Positions 53,482 to 62,521 of a DNA stretch of 64,000 nt are shown here, in pieces (the first letter of the stretch is position 1; the number at the start of each line of letters is the position of its first letter). The notes under the pieces are model-generated. The model ran no database searches. It was not told where the DNA came from and saw nothing but the letters and a program-made list of their open reading frames with translations. The stretch lies in the IMG/VR virus record IMGVR_UViG_3300028840_002431, positions 248,001 to 312,000 of that record; one strand, written 5' to 3'. The translations under genes and the position numbers were made by a program.

Positions 53482-53900
53482 CAGAAACCGTCATCCTTGA
53501 TACACGCAAAGAGGTTTAGAACAGGATGGTCAAAACTACGATGTGACGGAAGGCGACGCCACCATTTTACACCCTTCTCTGGTATAGCCGTATAACCCCA
53601 GTATCCCGTCCCGTCTTCCGTCGGGACCGCTGGAACCAACCACCCTATGGTGTCTGTCTTCTCTAAGGTGATTATGGTGTTGCCGTTCGCGTCTTTACCG
53701 TCAGTCCCGGAGTCAACGAACTTACCGTCATCACCCATCGCGGTGATGTTCTTACCCTGATCGGCCGCCGCACAATCAGCGCAGTAAAGTTGAATATGGT
53801 TGGTCTGGTACGGACGCCAGAGTTTGCAGTCTCTAGCCAAACACTCCCCGCAGTAGTAGTTGTCTGGCACCACGCCGTTGAGATAACGGGCGCGTGCCAC
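53481..53900 (-). CDS. Zinc-binding hypothetical protein ending NLFACIKDDGF
   Basis: CGEC..CKLWR..CADC; GWLVPAVP..YWGYT. Confidence 0.6.
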   Translation of the reverse strand: MARARYLNGVVPDNYYCGECLARDCKLWRPYQTNHIQLYCADCAAADQGKNITAMGDDGKFVDSGTDGKDANGNTIITLEKTDTIGWLVPAVPTEDGTGYWGYTAIPEKGVKWWRRLPSHRSFDHPVLNLFACIKDDGF

Positions 53901-53904
53901 GAAA

Positions 53905-55452
53905 CTACCCTACGGAAAGTTTACGATCCTGACCGGTTGGATCGGCAGCGAAACGTGCCCGAACGCCGTCGTCGGCCTCCGGATCAAAGCCAACCCAATC
54001 CAGAGTCTCTTTGATCTCGTCCGCCATGGTGTTGACGATACGGGGTTTCCGCTCCAACGCTTTCAAGAATATAGCCTGATCGAGCTTCTTTTTCTTGTTG
54101 CTGAAGCTCTCCACCAGAGAGGACTTCATACACTGCTCGATCTCACGGGGGACCATCCGCTCCGCCGCTTCTGCTAACTCGGCCAAGTTGAACTCGGACG
54201 GCTCCTGGCCACGCTTTCGCAGATGGATCTTGATGACATCGATCCGATCCTCTTTCGAGGGAAGGTCGAAGAACCAGCGTTCGTCGGCCCGGTTGGTCAT
54301 CTCGACCGGAAGCGTCTTGAGTGAGTTGGCCGTCATCGCCAGACAGACCGGGGCCTGAGTCTCCTGTAACCATGTGGAGATGATCCCGATCATACGGCTT
54401 GTGGTCCCGGCGTCCGTGAAGGACGAGGAGTGGCCGCCCGCAAAGGACTTTTCCGCCTCGTCGGTCCAGACCACGCACGGGGCCACGGACTCGATAATCC
54501 TGAGGGCGCGGTAGACGTTGCTCTCCGAATCCCCGACTCCGGACTGCCGTAGACTCCCCAGGTCGAACTGGACCAGTGGAAGCCCCCAAGCGTTGCCCAG
54601 AGCCTTTATGCACAGGGATTTACCCGTGCCCCAGACCCCCACGGCAAGGACGCCACGGGGTGGTTCGAGGCCGAATTCCCGCCCTTCCGGAGTCCAGACC
54701 GCCGCCGTCTGGGCGGCCCATTCCTTGAACCGTCCGGCACCGCCTACCTGTTCAAATGTGTAGTCGGTCGTGTCGATGTACCGGACAAGGTCGGTCTTTT
54801 TGAGTTGCTTGAAGCGGTACTCGGTCAAGACCTTTGGGTCGGCGTGCCCTTGGGTTTTCTTGTAGGACTGAATGAGAGACGCCTGAGCCTCGAAAGAGGT
54901 CAGACCACGAAAAAGGTCCTCTACGTTTTCAGGGATCTCCATCTTGAGAGGCGTGCAAGTCTTCTCCACCACCTCGTAGATCTCTTCTTTGGAAAGCCCG
55001 GTATCGTAAACGACCTCCGTGTAGCGGGCCAGCTTGGGCGGGATCATCGGGGCATTGCCCACACAGATCAAAACCTTCACCGTCCCCACATCGTTATGGA
55101 CCTGATGCAGGATATTCAAAATCCGCCGCTGGACATGGGCGTCCTTCAACCACCTCTCCGGATCGGTGATCACGTAGAATTTACGCTCTTTGGGGGTAGG
55201 CTCTTTATAGATATTGATCAGAGCGTCGTGAATTGGCATCGTATCACGTTCGACTTTGTGAGCCTTGGAACTCCAGTCCGAAATGAGGTCGGACAGACCC
55301 ACAAGGCCAAAGGCGGCGTTGTACACTTTGACGTGCGCCGCCTTATCTCGCATGGCCGTTTGAAGCTGTACGAGGAACCGGTCTTCTTCTTCAGTCACGA
55401 AGTAAATAAGCCTCGTGACTGCCCGGAGATGAAATTCTAGTTCTGGGAACAT
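53905..55452 (-). CDS. Ycf46-like AAA+ ATPase
   Basis: TEEEDR N-domain, PRGVLAVGVWGTGKS, VGDSESN, WTDEAEK, FFDLP. Confidence 0.85.
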   Translation of the reverse strand: MFPELEFHLRAVTRLIYFVTEEEDRFLVQLQTAMRDKAAHVKVYNAAFGLVGLSDLISDWSSKAHKVERDTMPIHDALINIYKEPTPKERKFYVITDPERWLKDAHVQRRILNILHQVHNDVGTVKVLICVGNAPMIPPKLARYTEVVYDTGLSKEEIYEVVEKTCTPLKMEIPENVEDLFRGLTSFEAQASLIQSYKKTQGHADPKVLTEYRFKQLKKTDLVRYIDTTDYTFEQVGGAGRFKEWAAQTAAVWTPEGREFGLEPPRGVLAVGVWGTGKSLCIKALGNAWGLPLVQFDLGSLRQSGVGDSESNVYRALRIIESVAPCVVWTDEAEKSFAGGHSSSFTDAGTTSRMIGIISTWLQETQAPVCLAMTANSLKTLPVEMTNRADERWFFDLPSKEDRIDVIKIHLRKRGQEPSEFNLAELAEAAERMVPREIEQCMKSSLVESFSNKKKKLDQAIFLKALERKPRIVNTMADEIKETLDWVGFDPEADDGVRARFAADPTGQDRKLSVG

Positions 55453-55464
55453 GTTGTCTCTGGA

Positions 55465-55791
55465 TCAGCCCATGTGCCACATCAGAACGATGTCGCCTTC
55501 TTCGTTGACCTCGCGGCTGTCGATGATAGTACCGTTCTTGAGGTACTCGGCCTTGACCTTGGCCTCGCTGTAGTGTTGACGAAGCAACCCCAGCTTCGCG
55601 GACGTGTGACCGTAGTCGCTGTCCCCGGAGATGGTGCCGGTTTTGAGATCCAGGGTGGCGTTGCTGTAGGTGCCGGACCCCAGGTGAATCATGTTGCCTT
55701 GCACCTGATGAGAAATACCGGCCGCCTTGAGAGCGTCGATCGCCAGATCCTTGTCCGTGATCTCCGTGCGGGTTTCGATACGCCGTGACAT
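55465..55791 (-). CDS. DUF1257/Ycf35-like protein
   Basis: MSRRIETRTEITDKDLAIDAL...LRQHYS; adjacent to the Ycf46-like ATPase. Confidence 0.65.
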   Translation of the reverse strand: MSRRIETRTEITDKDLAIDALKAAGISHQVQGNMIHLGSGTYSNATLDLKTGTISGDSDYGHTSAKLGLLRQHYSEAKVKAEYLKNGTIIDSREVNEEGDIVLMWHMG

Positions 55792-55818
55792 GTGGTTCTC
55801 CCTTTCCTTGTTTCGAAC

Positions 55819-55992
55819 TCAGTCGGTTGTTGTCTCGTGAACTTCGTCGCAGTCCGGACCGGTGATTTCCTCACCTACCGTCTTGCCGACGTTTTCGGTA
55901 AGCCTGTGTACATCCTTACAGTCTTGACCTTCCCGGTCAATGACCTCCGTGACGACCTTGCCGTCCTTTTTGATTATGGTCTTGCCTCTCAT
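55819..55992 (-). CDS. DUF2997-like small protein (57 aa, absent from the ORF track)
   Basis: MRGKTIIKKDGKVVTEVIDREGQDCKDVHRLTENVG...; RBS AAGGAGG; promoter motif GCGGTGTAACGT at 56010-56021. Confidence 0.65.
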   Translation of the reverse strand: MRGKTIIKKDGKVVTEVIDREGQDCKDVHRLTENVGKTVGEEITGPDCDEVHETTTD

Positions 55993-56021
55993 TGGTAGCC
56001 TCCTTCTTTACGTTACACCGC

Positions 56022-56681
56022 TCAGCCCAGTTTAATTTTCGTTCCCGGTTTAACCACACGAACATTTTCCGTATCCGCCGAAGAAATGGGGGCATCCCAT
56101 GAGTCGCCTTGCGGTATTTCTTTCTGTGGTTTGATCATCTGACCTTGCTCGACCGGGGTATTTTCAAGGGCTAAATTGTTAGGTAATTGGCCTTTCGGCT
56201 CAGGTTTAGGGGTTTTAGGGGGTTCCGGAGTTGGCTCGGGAACAGGAACTGGTTCGGGGGTGCTCGGTTTTTCCGGCTCAGGGGTTTGCGATTCGTCTTT
56301 GGTCTTTAGGGATCGTAGTTTAGAGACGGCGTCGGGGAAAGTTTCTGACACCGGGGCTTGTGAAGTTTCTACTGAGGGCGGTAAGTCTAATATTAAAGGA
56401 TCTACCCAGTCTGGGTTTATGTCGCCAAGCGACGGTTTGATATTTACGAATTTTTGAGCCGCGATTTTAGAGTAGTTAGAATCTCCAGGGTCCATCCTGG
56501 GAGTGTCTGTGAATAGCCTTTCATACCATGTGCTCGTACGAATTTCAAATTTAGATTTGCCGAAAGTGCTGCGGGAACACTTGGGGTTGATACAGAAAAC
56601 ACAACACTCCGCCGTGAAAACGTCTACCGGCGCGTTCTCAACATTACACTCACCATAGAGATCAGTCCGATCCATCTTCAT
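56022..56681 (-). CDS. Hypothetical protein with Cys cluster and Pro/Glu-rich linker
   Basis: CCVFCINPKC; PEP repeats. Confidence 0.55.
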   Translation of the reverse strand: MKMDRTDLYGECNVENAPVDVFTAECCVFCINPKCSRSTFGKSKFEIRTSTWYERLFTDTPRMDPGDSNYSKIAAQKFVNIKPSLGDINPDWVDPLILDLPPSVETSQAPVSETFPDAVSKLRSLKTKDESQTPEPEKPSTPEPVPVPEPTPEPPKTPKPEPKGQLPNNLALENTPVEQGQMIKPQKEIPQGDSWDAPISSADTENVRVVKPGTKIKLG

Positions 56682-59643
56682 TCTCAGACGAGCAGAGCAA
56701 GTTGTGGTCCTGTAGTTTCGATATTAGGTTAGCCCGATTGACCCTTAGATTCAACGAAGCCGGTATTAGAGTTGTCCCAACGATATCAGTAAGATGTAGA
56801 AGAGGGCCGTCCTTGTCGCCCTCCTCCAAGACAAAACACACTAGCTGATTCACAGTCCGCTCGTTCAACTGGTTGATCCGCAAAACAAGAGTATCGTCGG
56901 ACACGGGTTGTTCGGGTTCCTCAGGCTCGGGTTCGGGGTCCGGAATCGGCTCATCTTGAGATTTAGGCTCTTCGGCCGATTTCTCAGATTCTGGTTCAGG
57001 GTCAGGTTCCGGCTTCGGTTTGGCGATCTTCTCAGGGTCAGGGACCGGTTTATCGACGGCCGGACCTTCTAACACTACTTGCTCTCCGGGTTTCGTCCCC
57101 ATGAGCCATGGCGGGTCCACTACCCGGAACACCTTCCCATCCTGGACTTCGTTACGATCCAGGGTCTCGACGATCTCGTCATCCTTACCCGTGCGGGGCT
57201 TCCGGGTCATGCTGTAGGCGAAACCGTTCATAACGACTTCACCGTCTTTCGCCGGGTGAGCCTCTGTCACAAGCCGGGCCTCATAACCAGAAGCCCAGTT
57301 GAATCCAACGAGAGGTTCGACGATGAGAGGGACTCTCCAGGTCGGCTGCCGTGGCATCGTCCAGGGAGACTCCATCAGATCCACAATAAGAGGGATTGCT
57401 TCCGCGACGCGATCGTGACGAATCTCGCACACAACTTCGTCATGCACGGTCAAGAGCATCCGTACAGAATCGTCCCCGTTCTTGAGCCAGCCCCTCTTAT
57501 AGAAAGCCTTGTGGAGCAAGATCATGGAAATCTTCATGATGTCAGCGCCGGTTCCCTGAACGACATAGTTGACGGAGTGCCGTTCACAGGCGGCCCTGAT
57601 GGCTCGTTCTTCGCTGTTAGCGTCCGGAATGGGCAGCCAGCGACCGAAAGCCGTCCAGACCCCCATTTCCTTTTTCACACGTTTGTGTTGCCCCTTGATC
57701 CAACCGGCAAAAGTGGGGACGGCCTTGTCGAAAGCCTTTTTCCTCGTCCTGGCCACGTCCAGGGAGCAACCGGTTGCCCGGATAATCGCTTGCGGGCCAC
57801 CGCCATACAACAACGAGAAGTTGGCGATCTTACCGCCCTTGCGTTCCTCCTTCGTGACCTCTGGTTTGTTGAAGAAGGCTCTCGCGGTAATCGAGTGGAG
57901 ATCCCCGTCCCCGTGTAAGAACTCGTCGATCCACACAGGTTCCTCGGACTCGTTGGCCGCGATACGTAACTCTTCGCCCGCGTAGTCCGCCTTGACCATC
58001 GTGTACCCTTCACGGGCCTCGAAGACACGCCTGATCTCGGAGCCGCCTGGAATCCCGTGTACAGGAATCCCGGAATACCCGTGGTCCGGCTGCCCGGCCG
58101 GGGCAGAAAAACGGCCACTAGCAGCCCCTGTCTGCTTGAAGCTGAATCTCAATTCGTCGTTTTCGTCCGGGTTGTTGACCAGACCCGTTAGGTAGGTCCC
58201 TATGAACTTCTCAACCTCTCGGAACTCCACGATGTCTTTCAGGATCGGGGGAGCGTGTTCTTTCTTGGCCAGATTCTTGAGGGTCTCGGCATCCGTCTTG
58301 TATTGACCGCTGGCCTTGTTTATGTCCGGCTTGGGAGTGATATCCATCCCGCTCCTACTGAACAGGAACTCCGAAAGCTGTTTTGGCGAGTTGGGGTCAA
58401 CTTCGTTTCTGCCTTGAAGCTGAGCGAACTTCTGAATCCTGTTGTATAACTCCTCCCGCTTGCTTTCCTCTTCGGCCAGGGTCTTCCGCACCTCTTCCCG
58501 CGTGATCCTGACCCGGTTACGTTCCATGGCGCGAAGCACACACGTTGTTTGCTTTTCGAGCCGGTATGTGAACTCGTACTTCTCGTGGCAAAGTGGCACA
58601 AGATCCGGGTGGACACATAGCTTGTAGGTGCAGATGCCATCCGCCCCTGTGTACTTCTTCACCCCCGGCTCGTCCGGCGCTAACTTGTGGAACTGGATGT
58701 TCCGTGTCTTCCCGAAGAACAACTCTTTCAGTTCAATTTGCTGGTAGGGGTTGCCATCAGGGTCGGCCAGCATCTGTCGGGATTTGACCTTCAAACTGAT
58801 CCGTTTGTCTGACGAGTTCACGACAAAGGCGGCAAGCATTCCGTCTTCAAACGACTCAGGGTGCCACCAGTCGATTCCAGTTACCGGGTAAAGAAATTCC
58901 TGGTCAAACTGGGCGTTCCAAAAGCCGATGACGACTTTCGGAGGCTCACACTTGTAAGATAAAGGGTCCTTCTCGATATCTTCGGGAGTGCCTTCCGGAA
59001 CCGCCGCGTGACACAACCGGTTGATAGCCTTATCAACCTCAACAGGATTCAGATTGAGGTTAGGGCCACCGTCGGTCGGTTGGTGACGAACAGGGATGTA
59101 GAACCCTTCTTCCCCATCGTACGATATGCAATAACCGACAATCTTATGAACGGTCTCGGGCTTCCCGTCATCATTGTAAATGATCCGATTGTCCAGACCC
59201 TCGCACTCTAGATCGAGAGCACAGAACCCTCTCTCGATACACTCGTCCACGATTCGGTTAACTTCCAGGATGGTCGCCACCAACGTGAATGTGTGATGCT
59301 TCATCCACGGATACGTAATATCCGGTACCTCTCTGTCCTCTTTTAACCCAGACGATTCCCGCCACGCTTCCGGGTCTTCAAAAGCAGCGTCAGGCCCAGT
59401 CTTTGCTGGCGCGGTCGGTGGCGGAGCCTTCGGAGCGGGACCGCCGTCAAGGTCGTCGAGAAAATCGGCGGCGTCGGTATCAGTATTGAGGTCAACCTCT
59501 ACCGGTGTCGGCTTCGGCTTCTCCTCCTCGATATCAAGTGTCTGTTGAATAGCCTTCTGCTCTTTCTTCTGAGCGGGCTTATCATCAGAATCACCGAAAT
59601 CCACGGTCTCAAGAAAATCGGAAACGTCGTCATACTCGGGCAT
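56662..59643 (-). CDS. polA: Family A DNA polymerase with 3'-5' exonuclease domain
   Basis: LDLECEG, SGRFS, KADYAGEELR, ERKGGKIANFSLLYG, VQGTGADIMK, TVHDE; RBS AGGAG before MPEYDD. Confidence 0.95.
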   Translation of the reverse strand: MPEYDDVSDFLETVDFGDSDDKPAQKKEQKAIQQTLDIEEEKPKPTPVEVDLNTDTDAADFLDDLDGGPAPKAPPPTAPAKTGPDAAFEDPEAWRESSGLKEDREVPDITYPWMKHHTFTLVATILEVNRIVDECIERGFCALDLECEGLDNRIIYNDDGKPETVHKIVGYCISYDGEEGFYIPVRHQPTDGGPNLNLNPVEVDKAINRLCHAAVPEGTPEDIEKDPLSYKCEPPKVVIGFWNAQFDQEFLYPVTGIDWWHPESFEDGMLAAFVVNSSDKRISLKVKSRQMLADPDGNPYQQIELKELFFGKTRNIQFHKLAPDEPGVKKYTGADGICTYKLCVHPDLVPLCHEKYEFTYRLEKQTTCVLRAMERNRVRITREEVRKTLAEEESKREELYNRIQKFAQLQGRNEVDPNSPKQLSEFLFSRSGMDITPKPDINKASGQYKTDAETLKNLAKKEHAPPILKDIVEFREVEKFIGTYLTGLVNNPDENDELRFSFKQTGAASGRFSAPAGQPDHGYSGIPVHGIPGGSEIRRVFEAREGYTMVKADYAGEELRIAANESEEPVWIDEFLHGDGDLHSITARAFFNKPEVTKEERKGGKIANFSLLYGGGPQAIIRATGCSLDVARTRKKAFDKAVPTFAGWIKGQHKRVKKEMGVWTAFGRWLPIPDANSEERAIRAACERHSVNYVVQGTGADIMKISMILLHKAFYKRGWLKNGDDSVRMLLTVHDEVVCEIRHDRVAEAIPLIVDLMESPWTMPRQPTWRVPLIVEPLVGFNWASGYEARLVTEAHPAKDGEVVMNGFAYSMTRKPRTGKDDEIVETLDRNEVQDGKVFRVVDPPWLMGTKPGEQVVLEGPAVDKPVPDPEKIAKPKPEPDPEPESEKSAEEPKSQDEPIPDPEPEPEEPEQPVSDDTLVLRINQLNERTVNQLVCFVLEEGDKDGPLLHLTDIVGTTLIPASLNLRVNRANLISKLQDHNLLCSSENEDGSD

Positions 59644-60052
59644 AAGGCTCCTGTACAACCACTACATACACCTCTGACCGCCATAGTTTGACAACTTCGG
59701 CAGCAAGATTTCCTGGGGAAATACCGTCCGGCTCAAAACACCAGGGCATCTTCGACGAAAAAACATCGCAGCGTCTTTGAACGTAGAACGGGCAACTGTT
59801 TTCATGGGCGCATCGTTTAGCGGCGTCCGGCAATTTGCGCAGCTTTCCTTTTGGAGACGGTCCCAAATTATCAACTAACGGTTTGGTCCACGTGTGCAGT
59901 GCATGGTCCATCGTCTCCTTGGGTATGGTGGGAAGATCCATCACACCTTGTAGCGGTTGCCATTCCTCTTCCCACGTGCCGTCGTAGTCGTAGATGAGAT
60001 ACAAATCGATTGTCCCCATCTCGTGGGTCGGGATCGTCAACCTGCGAGGCAT
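59630..60052 (-). CDS. Hypothetical protein
   Basis: TGATG coupling; Cys cluster. Confidence 0.55.
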   Translation of the reverse strand: MPRRLTIPTHEMGTIDLYLIYDYDGTWEEEWQPLQGVMDLPTIPKETMDHALHTWTKPLVDNLGPSPKGKLRKLPDAAKRCAHENSCPFYVQRRCDVFSSKMPWCFEPDGISPGNLAAEVVKLWRSEVYVVVVQEPYARV

Positions 60053-60417
60053 CAGCCTACCGTCACCCAAGTAGTGAAAGTGACTTCCGGTTCGTAGGGT
60101 ATTGTCGGGGCGTTCGTATCCGTGTTGTTCCTGTATGTTATTGTGTAGCCGGGTCCCGTCACGGTGAGAGTTGGAGCAGTGGTGTCCGTGAACTCCTCTT
60201 CTCTTCTACGCGCCGCCTCCAACCGTTCCGCCATCTCCGCTTTTATCTCTTCCAGTATCCTCTTGTGGTTGTCATACCACTCGTGACAAGGCCGCTTGGG
60301 AAGGCGTGGTAAGCGCATCGGCTCCTTGCGAATCCCTCTTGTGATCCAGAGAGGTGGACCAGGGGATAAAGCGCGTTCTCTACGCCGGTACCAATTTTTG
60401 AGACCCGTTGCCTTCAC
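60052..60417 (-). CDS. Hypothetical protein
   Basis: GTGA overlap in a coupled chain. Confidence 0.45.
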   Translation of the reverse strand: MKATGLKNWYRRRERALSPGPPLWITRGIRKEPMRLPRLPKRPCHEWYDNHKRILEEIKAEMAERLEAARRREEEFTDTTAPTLTVTGPGYTITYRNNTDTNAPTIPYEPEVTFTTWVTVG

Positions 60418-61037
60418 CCACGCACCTTCTCACCTATCTTATCCAACACTTGATCCAAGCGGAGTTTGACCTCTTCGAGCGGCAAGAGATTGTTCTCGTG
60501 GGCATAGCGAAGACGGTCTACGATTGAACCCAGCTTCAAATGGGTCTCCATCTCGAACTGGTCCCGCTCTTGCCGCAATCGACTCTCACACGCCTCGAAC
60601 TGGCTTTTGACCTCTTCTTGGAGAGGGTCATATTCCTCCTCGACGATTGCCGTAGGGAGTCTCGATTCTGGCGGCGAGATCCCAAATGCCCTCTCTATGT
60701 TGAAAAGCAACTCGGAGAATTTTGACTCACCGTTAAACTTCTTCCACAGACCGATCGCGTCCCATTGTTCCCGGCACACGAAGCACCAAACGCTGGAAGA
60801 GCCGTTATTGTTTTGAGGGTAATAACGAGCACTCGGTTTCCGGTCCTCCCCGTGAAAAGGGCACGAGATTTGCTCTTGCTGATGGCCGTTCTTGTGTAGC
60901 GTGATGCCATTACGGACGAGGACATCAGCCGCCGTGATGTTGGCGTGGATGTTAGCCACCCGGTCCTTCATCCATTGTTGGATCGCTAGATTACGCTCGT
61001 GTTCGGCGTACGCCTCCTGTTGATAATCACGAGCCAT
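60414..61037 (-). CDS. Stand-alone CHC2 zinc-finger protein (primase zinc-binding-domain-like)
   Basis: CPFHGEDRKPSA...WCFVC; no TOPRIM domain. Confidence 0.8.
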   Translation of the reverse strand: MARDYQQEAYAEHERNLAIQQWMKDRVANIHANITAADVLVRNGITLHKNGHQQEQISCPFHGEDRKPSARYYPQNNNGSSSVWCFVCREQWDAIGLWKKFNGESKFSELLFNIERAFGISPPESRLPTAIVEEEYDPLQEEVKSQFEACESRLRQERDQFEMETHLKLGSIVDRLRYAHENNLLPLEEVKLRLDQVLDKIGEKVRG

Positions 61038-62521
61038 CAGACAGCGTACTCGTCCAAGAGACCACCCAACGAATCGTCATGATCATTCGCCTCGAACCCC
61101 TCCCCGGACATCTTGTCAATGGATTGGATACGACGGCACGGAAACTTCACCTGAGCGATAAACGGGTCGAAGAGAGGGTTGTCTCGGTTCTTGAGGTTGG
61201 TAAATTTGGTCTGGCTTTTCGACCGCAGAGTATCGTTCAGGTAGGTGGTTGTGATGACATCGGCCGTCTTTTCTGCGGCGTTGGCGTATGTAAGAGCTTT
61301 AATTTTGTACACACCGTCGTTCTTATCGGCGTCGTCTTTACCCATCCGGTTGATCTGAAAGAGCATCAGGACAGGCACGCCGTTATTATGGTCGAACGTA
61401 AGCGCGAAACGCTTGGCGTCATTGATAACGGAGTTGAGTTCTATCGTGTAGTCCCTGTTCCTACGGCTCTTACGGGCTTCAACCCATTGCCCGTGGTCCA
61501 AAATAACAAGGCCCACATCAAACTCTTTTTGAAGCAACTCCACATGGGCCGTCACGTCGTCCATCGACCACTCACGATCCGGCGTCACCACTTCGGGGGT
61601 CGTGTAAGTCGGGTTGGTTGTGAAATCAGGTATCACCTTATTGAAATAGAAGTCCTTTTCCTCCGGGGTGAGCAGACCATCGCGGATCTTGTCGTAGTCC
61701 AGAGGTTTGTGCCCCTGAGCCGCGAAACGACGATTCGTGCTATGAATCGCATAGAGTTGACGCCGTATCTGTTCGTAAGTCATCTCGAACGAGATGTAGA
61801 CGACGTTACTCTTAAACCTCGTGATAGCGCTGTAGGCCCAGTTGACAGCGAACGTGGTCTTTAGCTCGGAAGGGAAGGCAGCGTGTATCCACAGGTCGCC
61901 TCTCTTCACACCCTTGCAGACGTTATCTATCTCCTTGATGCCTGACAGCACACCATAGACAAGGCTCTTGTCGCTCTCGGCTCGCTCGTACTCCTCAACC
62001 ATCTCCTGGTGATCCTTACGGATATCCCCGTGGATTCGAACGTTTGTATCCACTAGCCGGATGTCCTGTGATTGCTTAGTAAAATGAAGGATGGCGTCTT
62101 CTACACCCTTGAGTTCCTTCTTGGTGCTCTTGTCTTCGACACCCTTGATCAGAATCTCGTGCGTCTCCTTGAGAAGCGCGACAGTCCTGATCTTGGCTTG
62201 CTCCTCTTGCAGCGTCCGCAAGAGATGGACGAAATTCGTGCGTGCGTAAGGGCGGTTGGCCTGGACATCCTTCAATCGCTCAATCGTGTCCACGGCATTG
62301 ACGCTCTGGAAATAGTCCAGAACAGTCTGGGCCGACGGCATCTCAAAGTGTTGGATAAAGAAACCTAGGACGTACTTGTACAACTGGTCGTCTTCCGGGC
62401 GGCCCCACTCAAACTGACCTATCTCAATAGCCCGCCGAAGAAGCTGAAAGTTCCGCACGAGGTTCTCAGGAGAGACCTCTTTGTCGAACTCTATAACCGA
62501 CCGTAGTAACCGCTTAGGCAT
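61037..62521 (-). CDS. DnaB-like replicative helicase
   Basis: SGIKEIDNVCKG..RGDL, AFPSELKT, YISFEM, LVILDH, FQINR, LKNR. Confidence 0.8.
   Translation of the reverse strand: MPKRLLRSVIEFDKEVSPENLVRNFQLLRRAIEIGQFEWGRPEDDQLYKYVLGFFIQHFEMPSAQTVLDYFQSVNAVDTIERLKDVQANRPYARTNFVHLLRTLQEEQAKIRTVALLKETHEILIKGVEDKSTKKELKGVEDAILHFTKQSQDIRLVDTNVRIHGDIRKDHQEMVEEYERAESDKSLVYGVLSGIKEIDNVCKGVKRGDLWIHAAFPSELKTTFAVNWAYSAITRFKSNVVYISFEMTYEQIRRQLYAIHSTNRRFAAQGHKPLDYDKIRDGLLTPEEKDFYFNKVIPDFTTNPTYTTPEVVTPDREWSMDDVTAHVELLQKEFDVGLVILDHGQWVEARKSRRNRDYTIELNSVINDAKRFALTFDHNNGVPVLMLFQINRMGKDDADKNDGVYKIKALTYANAAEKTADVITTTYLNDTLRSKSQTKFTNLKNRDNPLFDPFIAQVKFPCRRIQSIDKMSGEGFEANDHDDSLGGLLDEYAV

Noticed and set aside
56662-62521. 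Inteins or introns in PolA or the helicase
   Set aside because: No C/S...HN-C/S/T splice motifs or LAGLIDADG blocks; the extra length is low-complexity terminal sequence.
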